Shown: one piece after another, positions 9,129-19,207 of the stretch
Position numbering within the stretch: position 1 is the first letter of the stretch
Layout: each line of letters opens with the position of its first letter
Assembly: GCA_965223795.1 (NCBI GenBank)
Contig: CBDCXL010000001.1
Span: forward strand, 480,001-544,000
Direction of reading: 5' to 3'
DNA: 64,000 nucleotides
Origin: Nitrospinales bacterium
GTDB lineage: Bacteria > Nitrospinota > Nitrospinia > Nitrospinales > VA-1
The notes under the pieces: generated by a model
Told to the model about the DNA's origin: nothing
The model's input: only the letters and a program-made list of their open reading frames with translations
The model's database searches: none
Program-made: the position numbers and the translations under genes

Positions 9129-10205
9129 ATGGCCGACGAAGAATTCGAACAGGACGGAAGATATCATAAAAAGATAGACGAACTGATCGACGATGCCGAA
9201 ATCGAAGCGGAAATCGAAGCCGAGAAAAAAATCCGCTCGAAAAACACCAAGCTGCTCACCATTTCCCTGGTGGCCGTCGCGCTGATTTTCTTCATCTACT
9301 CGCAGGTCAAAAACGGCATGGAATCGACGACGGAAATGGAGAAAGCGGAAACGCCGCTCTCGGAACTGGCCAAGGAGCAGTTGGGCGAGGAAGCGCCGCA
9401 GTCCGAGGCCGGCGCGGCCATGCAGGATGAAGCCTCCACCGAGGACGCGGGTGAATCGGAGGCGGATTCCCTGGAAGCCAAAATCAAGGCCATGCAGGAA
9501 GAGCTGATGAAAGAGCCCTCCATGGAAAATCCGGCCGTTGCGGAAGCGCTGGATCCCGCCAACGAGCCTGAGCCTCCGGCGATGGAGAAAGCGCCCGAGA
9601 AAAAAGCCGCTCCGCCCGCGCCGCCGAAAAAGCAGCCGGCCCCGGAAGTGAGCCGCAAGAGCGCGCCGAAGCCCGATCCCAAACCGGTGGTGCAAAGCCC
9701 GCCGAAGAAGCAGGCACCCAAACCTCAGCCCGCGAAATCCCGATCCCGGCCGGGCAAGAAATACTTTGTGCAGACGGGTGTCTTCTCCGTCAAGCAGAAC
9801 GCGGAAAACCTCTTTAAAAGTCTAAAAAATAAAGGATTTCAACCGTCTATCCAGGTGAAGAACATCGACGCGATGCGCCACATCGTGTTCGTCGGCGGAT
9901 TTTCCGATGAAGCGGGCAGCCGCGCGCAGATGGAAGAGCTGAAGGCCCAGGGGTTCAATCCGGAACCGGCAAGGAACAGCAACAACTCGCACACCCTGAT
10001 TCTGGGGAAATTCAAAACCAACGAACAGGCCGACAATCTGCGCGACGAACTCAGCCTGAAAGGGTATTTGTCCAGCTCGAAAAAAGCATCGATCCGTACG
10101 GAAATCTACGTGGTGCAGCTGGGGGCCTTCGACAACATCGATGAAGCCCGCAAAACCAAAAATGAAATCGCAAAAGCAGGGTTCAAAAGCAGTTTTATCC
10201 GCTGA
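9129..10205 (+). CDS. SPOR-domain protein (TM anchor, acidic/Pro-rich linker, tandem SPOR repeats; FtsN/DedD-like)
   Basis: YFVQTGVFS..NAE and YVVQLGAFD...EA motifs, a single TM and a Pro/Lys-rich linker. Confidence 0.85.
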   Translation: MADEEFEQDGRYHKKIDELIDDAEIEAEIEAEKKIRSKNTKLLTISLVAVALIFFIYSQVKNGMESTTEMEKAETPLSELAKEQLGEEAPQSEAGAAMQDEASTEDAGESEADSLEAKIKAMQEELMKEPSMENPAVAEALDPANEPEPPAMEKAPEKKAAPPAPPKKQPAPEVSRKSAPKPDPKPVVQSPPKKQAPKPQPAKSRSRPGKKYFVQTGVFSVKQNAENLFKSLKNKGFQPSIQVKNIDAMRHIVFVGGFSDEAGSRAQMEELKAQGFNPEPARNSNNSHTLILGKFKTNEQADNLRDELSLKGYLSSSKKASIRTEIYVVQLGAFDNIDEARKTKNEIAKAGFKSSFIR

Positions 10206-10428
10206 TCTGTAAGGATTCCCCGCCTCCCCCGACCTATCCGGAACCCCCCGGCCCGCCTGCGCGGCCGCCGGGAACCTTTTCGTCTCTATTTAGAAATGCA
10301 CAGCCGGTCCGCAATGCGGCGGATTGCGTCCGCGAAAATGCACGATCCCGCCGCGAGGCGCGTTGCATCGCGGATATTTTGTGGTACTTTAAATCTTCAA
10401 CAACCCATTTTTCTGACAGGAGCCACCG

Positions 10429-10767
10429 ATGAAATTCCCGATCGCAACGTTGACCGCCATGCTGTTTTCAATTCTGCTGTTGACCCCGGCTTTCGCGCAC
10501 GAAGGTAAAAAAGAGGCGGGTGACGGCCATCACGCCATGGAGAAAAAAGAAGGCAGCGGCACGATGGATCCCCATAAAAGCGGCGCGCACCCGACCGCCG
10601 AAGGAGCTGCCATGAAAGGCGAAGGTTCCGGAATGAAAGAGGACTACGACGAGAAGAAACACGGCATGAAACACAGCGGCATGGAAGAAGGCAGCGGCAG
10701 CAAAATGGGAGCACCGGCAGAGGCTTCCTCCGGAAAAATGAGCGAAGGCAGCGGCATGAAAAATTGA
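10429..10767 (+). CDS. Small secreted His/Met-rich low-complexity protein with EGSG repeats
   Basis: RBS AGGAG, signal peptide ending AFA, four EGSG motifs, and a downstream terminator. Confidence 0.8.
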   Translation: MKFPIATLTAMLFSILLLTPAFAHEGKKEAGDGHHAMEKKEGSGTMDPHKSGAHPTAEGAAMKGEGSGMKEDYDEKKHGMKHSGMEEGSGSKMGAPAEASSGKMSEGSGMKN

Positions 10768-10809
10768 CCGGCTATTTCCCCTTCCCCCTCCGCTTCGTGT
10801 ATAATTTTC

Positions 10810-10840
10810 AGGCGCTCTTCAGGGAGCGCCTTTTTTCTTT
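10810..10840 (+). terminator. Intrinsic terminator
   Basis: AGGCGCTC-TTCAGG-GAGCGCCT followed by a T-run. Confidence 0.75.
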
Positions 10841-10909
10841 CCCGCTCACGGCCGAACACCGTCTTTTTTCATTCTATGCCTGACAATCCGCAGTCCACCG
10901 GTATGCCCG

Positions 10910-11854
10910 ATGCTTCTTGATTTTCTCCTGCTGGCCGTCGGTCTGGTCATGCTGTATTACGGCGGCGACCTTCTTGTCACCGGAAGCATCCGCGTTTCCC
11001 ATTGCCTCAAAATCAGCCCGTTCATCATCGGCGCCATCGTGGTCGGCTTCGGCACTTCGTCGCCGGAGCTTGCGGTTTCCGTGTACGCCAGCCTCAAGGG
11101 AGCCCCCGAGCTGGCGATGGGCAACGTGATCGGCAGCAACATCGCCAATGTGGGCCTGGTCCTGGGACTGACGGCGTTTCTCATCCCGCTCTCGATCGGG
11201 GCCGCGCGCCTGAAGTCGGAAACGCCCGCGCTCCTGATCGCCACCTTCCTGATCCTCGCGCTGGTCTGGGACAACAGTCTGAGCAGAATGGAAGGCGGGA
11301 TCCTGGTGATCCTGCTGTTCGTTTACATCCTGATCTCGCTGCGAAAACGGGACGCGGCCGCGGAAGAGACCGAGGACACGGAAGAAGGGCTGTTCGCCGG
11401 ACGCGGCCTGTTTTTTCAGTTCGCGCTGATCGCCGGCGGGCTGGTGATGCTGGTCGTGGGCGCGGACTTCCTGGTGGACGGCGCGGTGGGCATCGCCCAG
11501 GCTCTCGGCGTCAGCGAATGGTTCATCGGTGTGTCCATCGTCGCGGTGGGCACCAGCCTGCCGGAAATCGTTTCCTCCATCCTGGCGGCCAAACGCGGGC
11601 ACGGTGAGATGTCCATCGGCAACGTGTTCGGCAGCAACATCTTCAACATCCTGATGGTTCTGGGCGTCACGGCGGTGATCCATCCTTTGCACATCCACGA
11701 GCCCATCCACCCGGACCTGATCTTCACGACCGGGCTCACCTGCCTGCTTCTGATCCTGATCCGCATCGAGCACGTCCTGTCCTCACGCGACGGATTCATC
11801 CTGCTGGTCTGTTATTGCGGTTATATCGGAGGGAAGGGAGCGGGCTGGCTCTGA
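10910..11854 (+). CDS. Ca2+/Na+ antiporter (CaCA family, YrbG-like)
   Basis: Alpha repeats GTSSPE...GNVIGSNIAN and GTSLPE...GNVFGSNIFN, about 10 TM segments. Confidence 0.92.
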   Translation: MLLDFLLLAVGLVMLYYGGDLLVTGSIRVSHCLKISPFIIGAIVVGFGTSSPELAVSVYASLKGAPELAMGNVIGSNIANVGLVLGLTAFLIPLSIGAARLKSETPALLIATFLILALVWDNSLSRMEGGILVILLFVYILISLRKRDAAAEETEDTEEGLFAGRGLFFQFALIAGGLVMLVVGADFLVDGAVGIAQALGVSEWFIGVSIVAVGTSLPEIVSSILAAKRGHGEMSIGNVFGSNIFNILMVLGVTAVIHPLHIHEPIHPDLIFTTGLTCLLLILIRIEHVLSSRDGFILLVCYCGYIGGKGAGWL

Positions 11855-11877
11855 CCGCTGAAAAAAAGCGGCGGTTC

Positions 11878-13965
11878 TCAACCCGGTTCCGAGGCGGTTT
11901 CCTGGGACTGCGGTTCGGCGTTTTCCGTGTCTTCGGCGCTATCTGTCGCGCTTTCCGCGGGCTGGGTTGTTTCCGGCCTGGGCGCGGGCTTGCCGCCGCC
12001 TGAGGACTTCACGTTCTTGAAGCGCCAGAGCTGCTGCTTGTAATAGGGCTCGCCGGGCACCAGCTTGATCGCCGCCTGGATGTGCTCCACCGCCTTGTCG
12101 GAATCGCCCTTGGCGAAATGCACTTCGGACAGCGTGTCGATGTATTCGGGCTTGTTGGGGAAGGCTTTCAGCGTCTTCTGCGTCAACTGCAGACCCTGGT
12201 CGAGGTTGATTTTCTTTTTGGCGTACAGCCAGGCCGTGCGGTTCATGATCTCGTAATTGTCCGGCGCGAGTTTGAGCGCCTTTTCGCAGTGGCCGATGGC
12301 CACCGAGTAATAGCGCTTTTTGCTGTACGCGTTGCACACGGCGAACACCACTTCCGGGTTGGCGGGTTCGATGCCTGCGGCTTTGAGAAATATGTTGAGC
12401 CCCTGGTTCAGTTTTTTGCTTTCGACGAGCGCGTTGCCGTATGCCATCAGGTAGGAGACGTTCTTCTTTTCAAGCCGTGTCGCCTGGCGGTAGGACTCGA
12501 CCGCTTTTTCCAGATCTCCGCCGGCTTTCTGCGTTTTACCGAGATAGAAATGCGCGGCGCCGCGCTCCTCATCCAGTTCGACCGCCTTTTCGAGAGCGGG
12601 CCGGGCTTTTTCATGCTGGTTCACATCGACGAGGCGCTTGCCGTATTCATACCAGTAGTCCGCATTTTCGGGGTTGAGCCGGGCGGCTTTCTCGAACGCA
12701 CCCAGCGCCTCCTCCTCTTTATTCAGCTTGGCATACAGCGTCGCCAGACGGACCTGGACTTCCGGATTTCTGGGCTCCAGCACCTGCGCGGCCTGGTAGT
12801 ATTTGAGCGATTTGTCGAACTGCCCGTTTTCAAACTGCCAGTCCGCGGCGCGGATCTGGGCGGTGGAATTTTCCGGAAACGCCTCGGCGGTTTTCTCGAA
12901 CACCCGCGCCGCCTCTTTTTCCTGCCCGGTTTCCAGAAGCAGCTCGCCCATGATCAGGCGCAGGCCGGCGTCGTCCTTTTTGATGCGCACCGCCTTGCGC
13001 AGCTGCTCGATGGCTTCGGTGTTTTTCTTCTGCTCGGCGTAAATCTCACCGAGAGAGGCGTAGGCGTCGAAGAAGTCCGACTCAAGCTGCGAGGCCTGCT
13101 TCAGGTTCTCGACCGCTTTGTCCATCTCCCCCCGTTCTTTATGCAAGAGGCCGATGCCGTAGTAGGCGTTGTGATTGGTCGGATCGATCGCCAGGGCCGA
13201 TTTGAAGGATTCGGCGGCCTTGTCGAACTGGCCCTTCGCCATGAGGGTGCGGCCGAGCTTGACGTGCGTGTCGCTGTTGCCGGGATTCAGTTCTATGGAA
13301 CGCTGGAACTGGCTGAGCGCATCGTTGTAACGCTTGCGGGTCAGGTACACGTCCCCCAGTCCCGCGTAGGCGCGCGGGTCCATGCGGGACACGTTGAGCG
13401 CTTTTTTGAAATGATCTTCCGCTCCGGAGACGTCGCTTTCGGCGATCCGCTTGAACCCCTCGCTGATGAGGATATCGGCCTCGCTGCGCGGCGTGCGGTT
13501 TTTGTACAGGACGCCGCCGGCGATCAGCAGGCAGGCAACGGCAACCGCCGCCTTGAGCTTCCACTTGCGCGGCTGAACGGTGGCGTTCTCGGTCTCGACC
13601 TCGATCTCTTCGACGACTTCGGGAAGCGTTTCTTCGGGAATGTATTTTTTCGGCGGCTCGACCAGCTTCGACTGCCCTTCGAACACCGACCCCTCGGCGA
13701 TCACCAGCTGGTGCGAGGCGATGTCGCCCTTCAGGCGGCTGCCGTTCATCAGGACGACTTTGTGTTCGGCGTGGATGTTGCCCTTCACCGTGCCCATATT
13801 GGTCACGTTGTAGGAGTCGATGTTGCCTTCGAACAGTCCGGTTTTGCCGACGATGAAATGATCCGAGGATTGCACCTCTCCCTCGAAATCGCCGCCGAAG
13901 TGGACGGTTCCCTTGACCCTGAGGGCCCCCTTCAGTTGCACGCCTTTTTCAAAATATGAGTCCAT
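11878..13965 (-). CDS. Bactofilin (polymer-forming cytoskeletal) domain fused to a TM helix and a long TPR array
   Basis: N-terminal ~100 aa G-x-L/I beta-helix pattern ending LKGDIASHQLVIAEGSVFEG, TM LKAAVAVACLLIAGGVLY, then many TPR motifs. Confidence 0.88.
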   Translation of the reverse strand: MDSYFEKGVQLKGALRVKGTVHFGGDFEGEVQSSDHFIVGKTGLFEGNIDSYNVTNMGTVKGNIHAEHKVVLMNGSRLKGDIASHQLVIAEGSVFEGQSKLVEPPKKYIPEETLPEVVEEIEVETENATVQPRKWKLKAAVAVACLLIAGGVLYKNRTPRSEADILISEGFKRIAESDVSGAEDHFKKALNVSRMDPRAYAGLGDVYLTRKRYNDALSQFQRSIELNPGNSDTHVKLGRTLMAKGQFDKAAESFKSALAIDPTNHNAYYGIGLLHKERGEMDKAVENLKQASQLESDFFDAYASLGEIYAEQKKNTEAIEQLRKAVRIKKDDAGLRLIMGELLLETGQEKEAARVFEKTAEAFPENSTAQIRAADWQFENGQFDKSLKYYQAAQVLEPRNPEVQVRLATLYAKLNKEEEALGAFEKAARLNPENADYWYEYGKRLVDVNQHEKARPALEKAVELDEERGAAHFYLGKTQKAGGDLEKAVESYRQATRLEKKNVSYLMAYGNALVESKKLNQGLNIFLKAAGIEPANPEVVFAVCNAYSKKRYYSVAIGHCEKALKLAPDNYEIMNRTAWLYAKKKINLDQGLQLTQKTLKAFPNKPEYIDTLSEVHFAKGDSDKAVEHIQAAIKLVPGEPYYKQQLWRFKNVKSSGGGKPAPRPETTQPAESATDSAEDTENAEPQSQETASEPG

Positions 13966-14267
13966 GAGTGGCCGGAAATAGTGCCCGGTTCTGGAAAAAA
14001 GTTATTGATTTATTTGGGATTATTCTGTCAGAATAGCACACTCCCGGGAAAGTTACAATATCTGGTTTACGCGGAGTGTAATGCTTGAAACGGGAGTTCC
14101 GGAGTCCGGCGCCGGTTAGATTTACACCCGGCCGAACCGCTCCGCACCCTGTGGAGCCGGTTGATAATTGAAACAATAATTGTTATTTTAGCCCCCTTGT
14201 TTTTCAGCAGGGCCTATTTTACCAATTCCAACCCAGATCGCAATTTTGAATTGCCGGACAACCAAAC

Positions 14268-14987
14268 GTGCGTAACGAAAACCGGGCCGACAACGAACTG
14301 AGAGCCGTCACAATCACCAAAAACTTCATCGACTATCCGGCCGGCTGCGTGCTGGTGCAGATGGGCCGCACCCGCGTGGTCTGCGCCGCCAGCGTGGAGG
14401 ACAAGGTGCCGCCGTTTCTGCGCGACAAGAATTCCGGCTGGGTGACGGCGGAATACTCGATGCTTCCCAGCGCCACCCACACGCGGTCGTCGCGGGAAGC
14501 GGCAAAGGGCAAGCTTTCCGGGCGGACCCAGGAAATCCAGCGCCTGATCGGCCGCTCCCTGAGGACCGTGGTGGACCTGGAGCAGTTGGGCGAACGCACG
14601 CTGTGGATCGACTGCGACGTGATCCAGGCGGACGGCGGCACGCGCTGCGCGTCGATCACCGGTTCGTTCATCGCGCTGGCGCTGGCGCTCAAAAAACTGA
14701 AAAAAGACAATGTGATCGACACGGTCCCGATCCTCGATTTCGTGGCGGCCGTCAGCGTGGGCATCTCCGGCGGACGCAATGTGCTGGACCTGGATTACGA
14801 TGAAGACTCCACCGCCAGTGTGGATCTCAACATCGTGAAAACCGGCTCTGGCGGTTTCGTCGAGATCCAGGGCACCGCCGAAAAGGAACCCTTCAGCGAC
14901 AGCCAGATGCAGGCCCTCCTTACTCTGGCGGACAAAGGCATCAAAGAGTTGATCGAAATTCAGAAAAAAATGATCGGAAAATTCTGA
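14268..14987 (+). CDS. rph: Ribonuclease PH
   Basis: [44 protein letters not shown] and EIQGTAE. GTG start. Confidence 0.97.
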   Translation: MRNENRADNELRAVTITKNFIDYPAGCVLVQMGRTRVVCAASVEDKVPPFLRDKNSGWVTAEYSMLPSATHTRSSREAAKGKLSGRTQEIQRLIGRSLRTVVDLEQLGERTLWIDCDVIQADGGTRCASITGSFIALALALKKLKKDNVIDTVPILDFVAAVSVGISGGRNVLDLDYDEDSTASVDLNIVKTGSGGFVEIQGTAEKEPFSDSQMQALLTLADKGIKELIEIQKKMIGKF

Positions 14988-15043
14988 GCGCGGCGCCGGA
15001 CGGCGCAAAACAGCCCGGAAAATCCGCTCCGGCGCGCCGTCGT

Positions 15044-15691
15044 TCAGCGGTGTTTTCCGACTCCGATCCGGGGACAGTCCGCCTCGATGCAGCACTGGCT
15101 GCACAGCGGGGAGACCGGCTTGCAGACGTTCTGGCCGAAACGCACGAGCAGGTCGTTGTACCCCATCCAGTAGCGCTTGGGCAGCACCGCGCGCAGGGCC
15201 ATTTCGGTCGCGTCGGCGGAATCGGTTCGCACATAGCCCCAGCGGTTGGAGATGCGGTGGACATGGGTGTCCACGCAGATGCCCGGCTTGCCGTGGCCGA
15301 GGATCAGCGTCAGGTTGGCGGTCTTGCGCCCGACGCCCTTGAGCGCGAGCAGGTCTTCCAGTGTATCGGGAACCCGGCCCGCGTGCCGCTCTAACAGGGT
15401 GCGGCAAAGCTCCTTTAAGGTTTTTGCCTTGTTGCGGTAAAACGCGGCGGGGTAGATGGCTCGCTCGACAGCCTCATCCGTCAGGGCGAGCAGGGATTCC
15501 GGGTCCGCGGCCAGCTTGAACAGCCGCACGGAAGCCGCGTCGGTCACTTCGTCGCGGGTGCGCAGGCTCAGAATGCAGCTTATCAGGACGCGGAACGGGT
15601 CCTGGCCGATGGCGGTCACGATGGGCGTCCTCCACTGGGCGGACGCCTTGCTGAGTCTGTTGATCACGCGCGCGAGCTGGCGGTTGTTCAT
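15044..15691 (-). CDS. nth: Endonuclease III (HhH-GPD, 4Fe-4S)
   Basis: LKGVGRKTAN, VDTHVHRI and C-x6-C-x2-C-x5-C. Confidence 0.93.
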   Translation of the reverse strand: MNNRQLARVINRLSKASAQWRTPIVTAIGQDPFRVLISCILSLRTRDEVTDAASVRLFKLAADPESLLALTDEAVERAIYPAAFYRNKAKTLKELCRTLLERHAGRVPDTLEDLLALKGVGRKTANLTLILGHGKPGICVDTHVHRISNRWGYVRTDSADATEMALRAVLPKRYWMGYNDLLVRFGQNVCKPVSPLCSQCCIEADCPRIGVGKHR

Positions 15692-15845
15692 GGCAGGACA
15701 CCGTGGCGGGGCGTTTTCGACCCGCGGCAAACAAAAAAGGCAGGCAACCCTATGGCAATGCGTCAGGGTTTCTGCTAGTATAAATCCTTCATTTGGCTAA
15801 ACTTATTGCTCCAGCGGCGGTTTTTCCCGCTCACATCACACTGAC

Positions 15846-16334
15846 ATGCAGCACACAATTTCTGTACTCGTCGTCAACCGCTTCGGGGTACTTTCGCGGA
15901 TCTCGGGATTATTCAGCGGCCGCGGATTCAACATTGAAAGCCTGAACGTCGCGGAAACCACCGATCCCACCATCTCCAGGATGACCATCGTCACCATCGG
16001 AGACGACAGCAAGATCGAGCAGATCACCAAACAGCTCAACAAACTCGTCGATGTTATCAAAGTGGTGGATCTGACGGAGGAGAAATTTGTCGACCGGGAA
16101 CTGATCCTGGTGAAGATGAACGCCGAAGCGCGTGTGCGCGAGGAGGTGCTGCGCATCGTCGAGATTTTCCGCGCCAAGGTGGTGGACGTGAGTCCGCAGA
16201 CCTATACTATCGAAATCACGGGAGACGAATCGAAGATCAAGGGATTTCTGGAACTGCTCAGGCCGCTGGGCATGCAGGAGCTGGTCCGCTCGGGGCGGAT
16301 CGCCATCAGCCGGGGAATGAGATCGATCACCTGA
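15846..16334 (+). CDS. ilvN: Acetolactate synthase small subunit
   Basis: [32 protein letters not shown] and RELILVK. Confidence 0.96.
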   Translation: MQHTISVLVVNRFGVLSRISGLFSGRGFNIESLNVAETTDPTISRMTIVTIGDDSKIEQITKQLNKLVDVIKVVDLTEEKFVDRELILVKMNAEARVREEVLRIVEIFRAKVVDVSPQTYTIEITGDESKIKGFLELLRPLGMQELVRSGRIAISRGMRSIT

Positions 16335-16371
16335 GTCCCCGTGCGCCGGAGGGAAGAAAGGAGAACGTGTT

Positions 16372-17373
16372 TTGACAAAAATTTATTACGAAAAACAGGC
16401 GGACCTCAAAAACATCAAAGATAAAACCGTCGCCATCATCGGCTACGGCAGCCAGGGCCATGCGCATGCGCGCAACCTGCACGACAGCGGCATCGAGGTG
16501 GTCGTCGGCCTGCGCCAGGGCAGCGAATTCTGGAAACGCGCCGAAAAGGACGGCCTCCGGGTGATGACGGTTCCGGAAGCCACGAAAGCGGCGGACATCC
16601 TGATGATCCTGATTCCGGACGACAAGCAGCGGGCGATGTATGAAAAAGACATCGAACCGAACCTGGAAAAGGGCATGGCGCTGGCCTGGGGGCACGGCTT
16701 CAACATCCATTTCGGGCAGATCGTGCCGCCGCCGACGGTGGACGTGTTCATGATCGCGCCCAAGGGGCCGGGGCACCTGGTGCGGCGCACGTTCGAGAAC
16801 GGCGCCGGCGTGCCGTGCCTGATGGCCATCCACCAGGACGTGTCCAAAAAAGCCACGGACATCGCGCTGGCCTACGCCAAGGGCATCGGCGGCACGCGGG
16901 CCGGGGTTCTGGAAACCAGCTTTCAGGAGGAAACGGAGACCGACCTGTTCGGCGAACAGGCGGTGCTGTGCGGCGGCGTCACGGAACTGATCCGCGCGGG
17001 CTTCGACACGCTGGTGGAAGCGGGCTACAATCCCGACCTCGCCTATTTCGAATGCCTGCACGAGCTGAAGCTGATCGTCGATTTGATCTATGAAGGCGGC
17101 ATCGGCAATATGCGCTACTCGATCAGCACCACCGCCGCCTACGGCGACGTGACGCGGGGGCCGCGGATCATCACCGACCGCACGCGCAAGGAGATGAAGC
17201 AGATCCTCAAGGAAATCCAGAGCGGCAGCTTCGCCAAGGAATTCATCACCGAGAACCAGGCCAACCGGCCGGTGTTCAACGCGCGGCTGAAGCAGGACGC
17301 CAACCACATGATCGAGGACGTGGGCGATAAGCTGCGCAAGATGATGCCCTTCGTCGGGGAAAAACTCAAATAG
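16372..17373 (+). CDS. ilvC: Ketol-acid reductoisomerase
   Basis: [37 protein letters not shown] and [18 protein letters not shown] start after AAGGAG. Confidence 0.97.
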   Translation: MTKIYYEKQADLKNIKDKTVAIIGYGSQGHAHARNLHDSGIEVVVGLRQGSEFWKRAEKDGLRVMTVPEATKAADILMILIPDDKQRAMYEKDIEPNLEKGMALAWGHGFNIHFGQIVPPPTVDVFMIAPKGPGHLVRRTFENGAGVPCLMAIHQDVSKKATDIALAYAKGIGGTRAGVLETSFQEETETDLFGEQAVLCGGVTELIRAGFDTLVEAGYNPDLAYFECLHELKLIVDLIYEGGIGNMRYSISTTAAYGDVTRGPRIITDRTRKEMKQILKEIQSGSFAKEFITENQANRPVFNARLKQDANHMIEDVGDKLRKMMPFVGEKLK

Positions 17374-17390
17374 AGCTGAATGACGCCTCG

Positions 17391-18020
17391 ATGAGACTTC
17401 CTTTCGCGAAAGACGGTTTGCGTTTTCTGATCCCGCTGGGCCTGCTGACGGCCCTGTTTGCGTGGCTTTCCTGGACGATCGCCGCGCTGATCGCGGGCGG
17501 TTTTTTCCTGTTCGTGCTCAATTTTTTCCGCGACCCGGAACGGCCGATCCCGGACGATCCCAAGGCGGTGGTGTCTCCCGCGGACGGCAAGGTCGTGGAG
17601 ATCGTGAGCGAGGGCGACCCGGCGCTGGACGGGCCGTTCACGCGGGTGAGCATCTTCCTCAACGTGTTCAACGTGCACGTGAACCGGGTGCCGATCGCCG
17701 GCACCATCGAGACGGTGCGCTACAACAAGGGCAAGTTCCTGGCGGCGTTCAACCACAAGGCGTCGCTCGACAACGAGCAGAACGCGATCCTGGTCTCCAA
17801 CGGTTCGGCGAAAATCCTGGTCAAGCAGATCGCCGGCCTCATCGCCCGGCGCATCGTCTGCTGGGCCCAAAAAGGCGACACCTACCGGACCGGCCAGCGG
17901 TTCGGGCTGATCCGGTTCGGCTCGCGGGTGGACATCTTCGTGCCGGAAACCACCCGGCTGGCCGTCAAAAACGGCGACATCGTGAAAGGCGGCAGCAGCG
18001 TCATCGGTTACCTCCAATAA
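17391..18020 (+). CDS. psd: Phosphatidylserine decarboxylase proenzyme
   Basis: FFRDPER, SPADGKV, SIFLNVFNVHVNR, QIAGLIARRI and RFGSRVD (self-cleavage GS). Confidence 0.94.
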   Translation: MRLPFAKDGLRFLIPLGLLTALFAWLSWTIAALIAGGFFLFVLNFFRDPERPIPDDPKAVVSPADGKVVEIVSEGDPALDGPFTRVSIFLNVFNVHVNRVPIAGTIETVRYNKGKFLAAFNHKASLDNEQNAILVSNGSAKILVKQIAGLIARRIVCWAQKGDTYRTGQRFGLIRFGSRVDIFVPETTRLAVKNGDIVKGGSSVIGYLQ

Positions 18021-18186
18021 TCGCAGCCCCCACCAGCCTGCGGGCTGGCGCGTGTTTGCTCACGACGGACAAAGTTTCCTGCGTCTGGTTCGAACTTTTT
18101 ACACGAGCCCCATTCCATCATATCGGCACTCCGCGCTCTCCGATCGAACTTTCAACACTTTTCCCGCCAGTCTGGTATCCTGTTAA

Positions 18187-18312
18187 GAGACCTTTGCAAA
18201 ATCAATTTGTCATGCTGAGCCTGTCGAAGCATGAATCCTTGCACCCTTCGACAAGCTCAGGGTGACAATCGGCTCTCTGTTTCCGGGACACACCGACTTT
18301 TGCAATGGTCTC
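18187..18312. mobile_element. MITE-like element with IS5/IS1106-like inverted ends and a REP-like palindromic core (copy 1)
   Basis: GAGACCTTTGCAAAA ... TTTTGCAATGGTCTC (14/15 complementary). Core GTCATGCTGAGCCTGTCGAAGCATG...CCCTTCGACAAGCTCAGGGTGAC is shared with 51041-51174. Confidence 0.8.
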
Positions 18313-18337
18313 GTTTTAAAGATGAGAAGGGCTTCCC

Positions 18338-19117
18338 ATGAACCGTTTGAAGATGAAACGATCGCGCAAACTGCGGCGTGGAATCCACATCCTGCCGAGC
18401 CTGTTCACGACCGGCAATGTGTTCTGCGGATTCTACGCGTTCATCGCCGTGCTGAACGACGATTACTACATCGCCGCCTGGGCGCTGGTCGTGGCGATGA
18501 TCTTCGATGCGCTGGACGGGCGCGTGGCGCGGCTGACCAAGACCACCAGCGCGTTCGGGGTGCAGTACGATTCGCTGGCGGACATCATCTCGTTCGGCAT
18601 GGCGCCGGCGTTCCTGGTGTACGCGTGGGTGCTGAAACCGTTCGGACGCCTCGGCTGGATGGCGGCGTTCCTGTTCCTGCTGTGCGGCGCGCTCAGGCTC
18701 GCCCGCTTCAATGTCACCAAACCCGACATGAAGGGCGACCATTTCATCGGCCTGCCCATTCCCGCGGCATCGGCCAGCCTGGCGTCGATCGTGATCGCGT
18801 TCGAGGACCTGTTCGCGACGCGGCTCAACCCGATGGTCATGGTGGTGCTGGTGTACACGCTGGCCTTCCTGATGGTCAGCAACATCAAGTACCCCTCGTT
18901 CAAAAAATTTCAGTTCAAAAAACGGGTGGCGTTTTCCCGCTTCCTGTTCGTCATTCTGTTCATCTACGTGCTGGCGACCATCCCGCGCGTGGCGCTGTTC
19001 ATCCTGAGCTTCACCTACATCGTGATCGGTCCGGTGGGCTATTTCCTGGCCAACCGCAAGCAGAAGGAACCGGAGCGGACCGGAGAAAAAATCCACACGT
19101 CTCCGCCCAACACCTGA
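18338..19117 (+). CDS. pssA: CDP-diacylglycerol--serine O-phosphatidyltransferase
   Basis: DALDGRVAR..S.FG..YDSLAD..SFG.AP and ALRLARFN. Adjacent to psd. Confidence 0.94.
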   Translation: MNRLKMKRSRKLRRGIHILPSLFTTGNVFCGFYAFIAVLNDDYYIAAWALVVAMIFDALDGRVARLTKTTSAFGVQYDSLADIISFGMAPAFLVYAWVLKPFGRLGWMAAFLFLLCGALRLARFNVTKPDMKGDHFIGLPIPAASASLASIVIAFEDLFATRLNPMVMVVLVYTLAFLMVSNIKYPSFKKFQFKKRVAFSRFLFVILFIYVLATIPRVALFILSFTYIVIGPVGYFLANRKQKEPERTGEKIHTSPPNT

Positions 19118-19207
19118 TATAATATAAGTGACTGTTTTTTAAGGTCTGAGTTCCATTTTCCCGGACTGTCCGGGAGCGAGGCAATAATAAATTTTTGAGG
19201 ATTGCCC

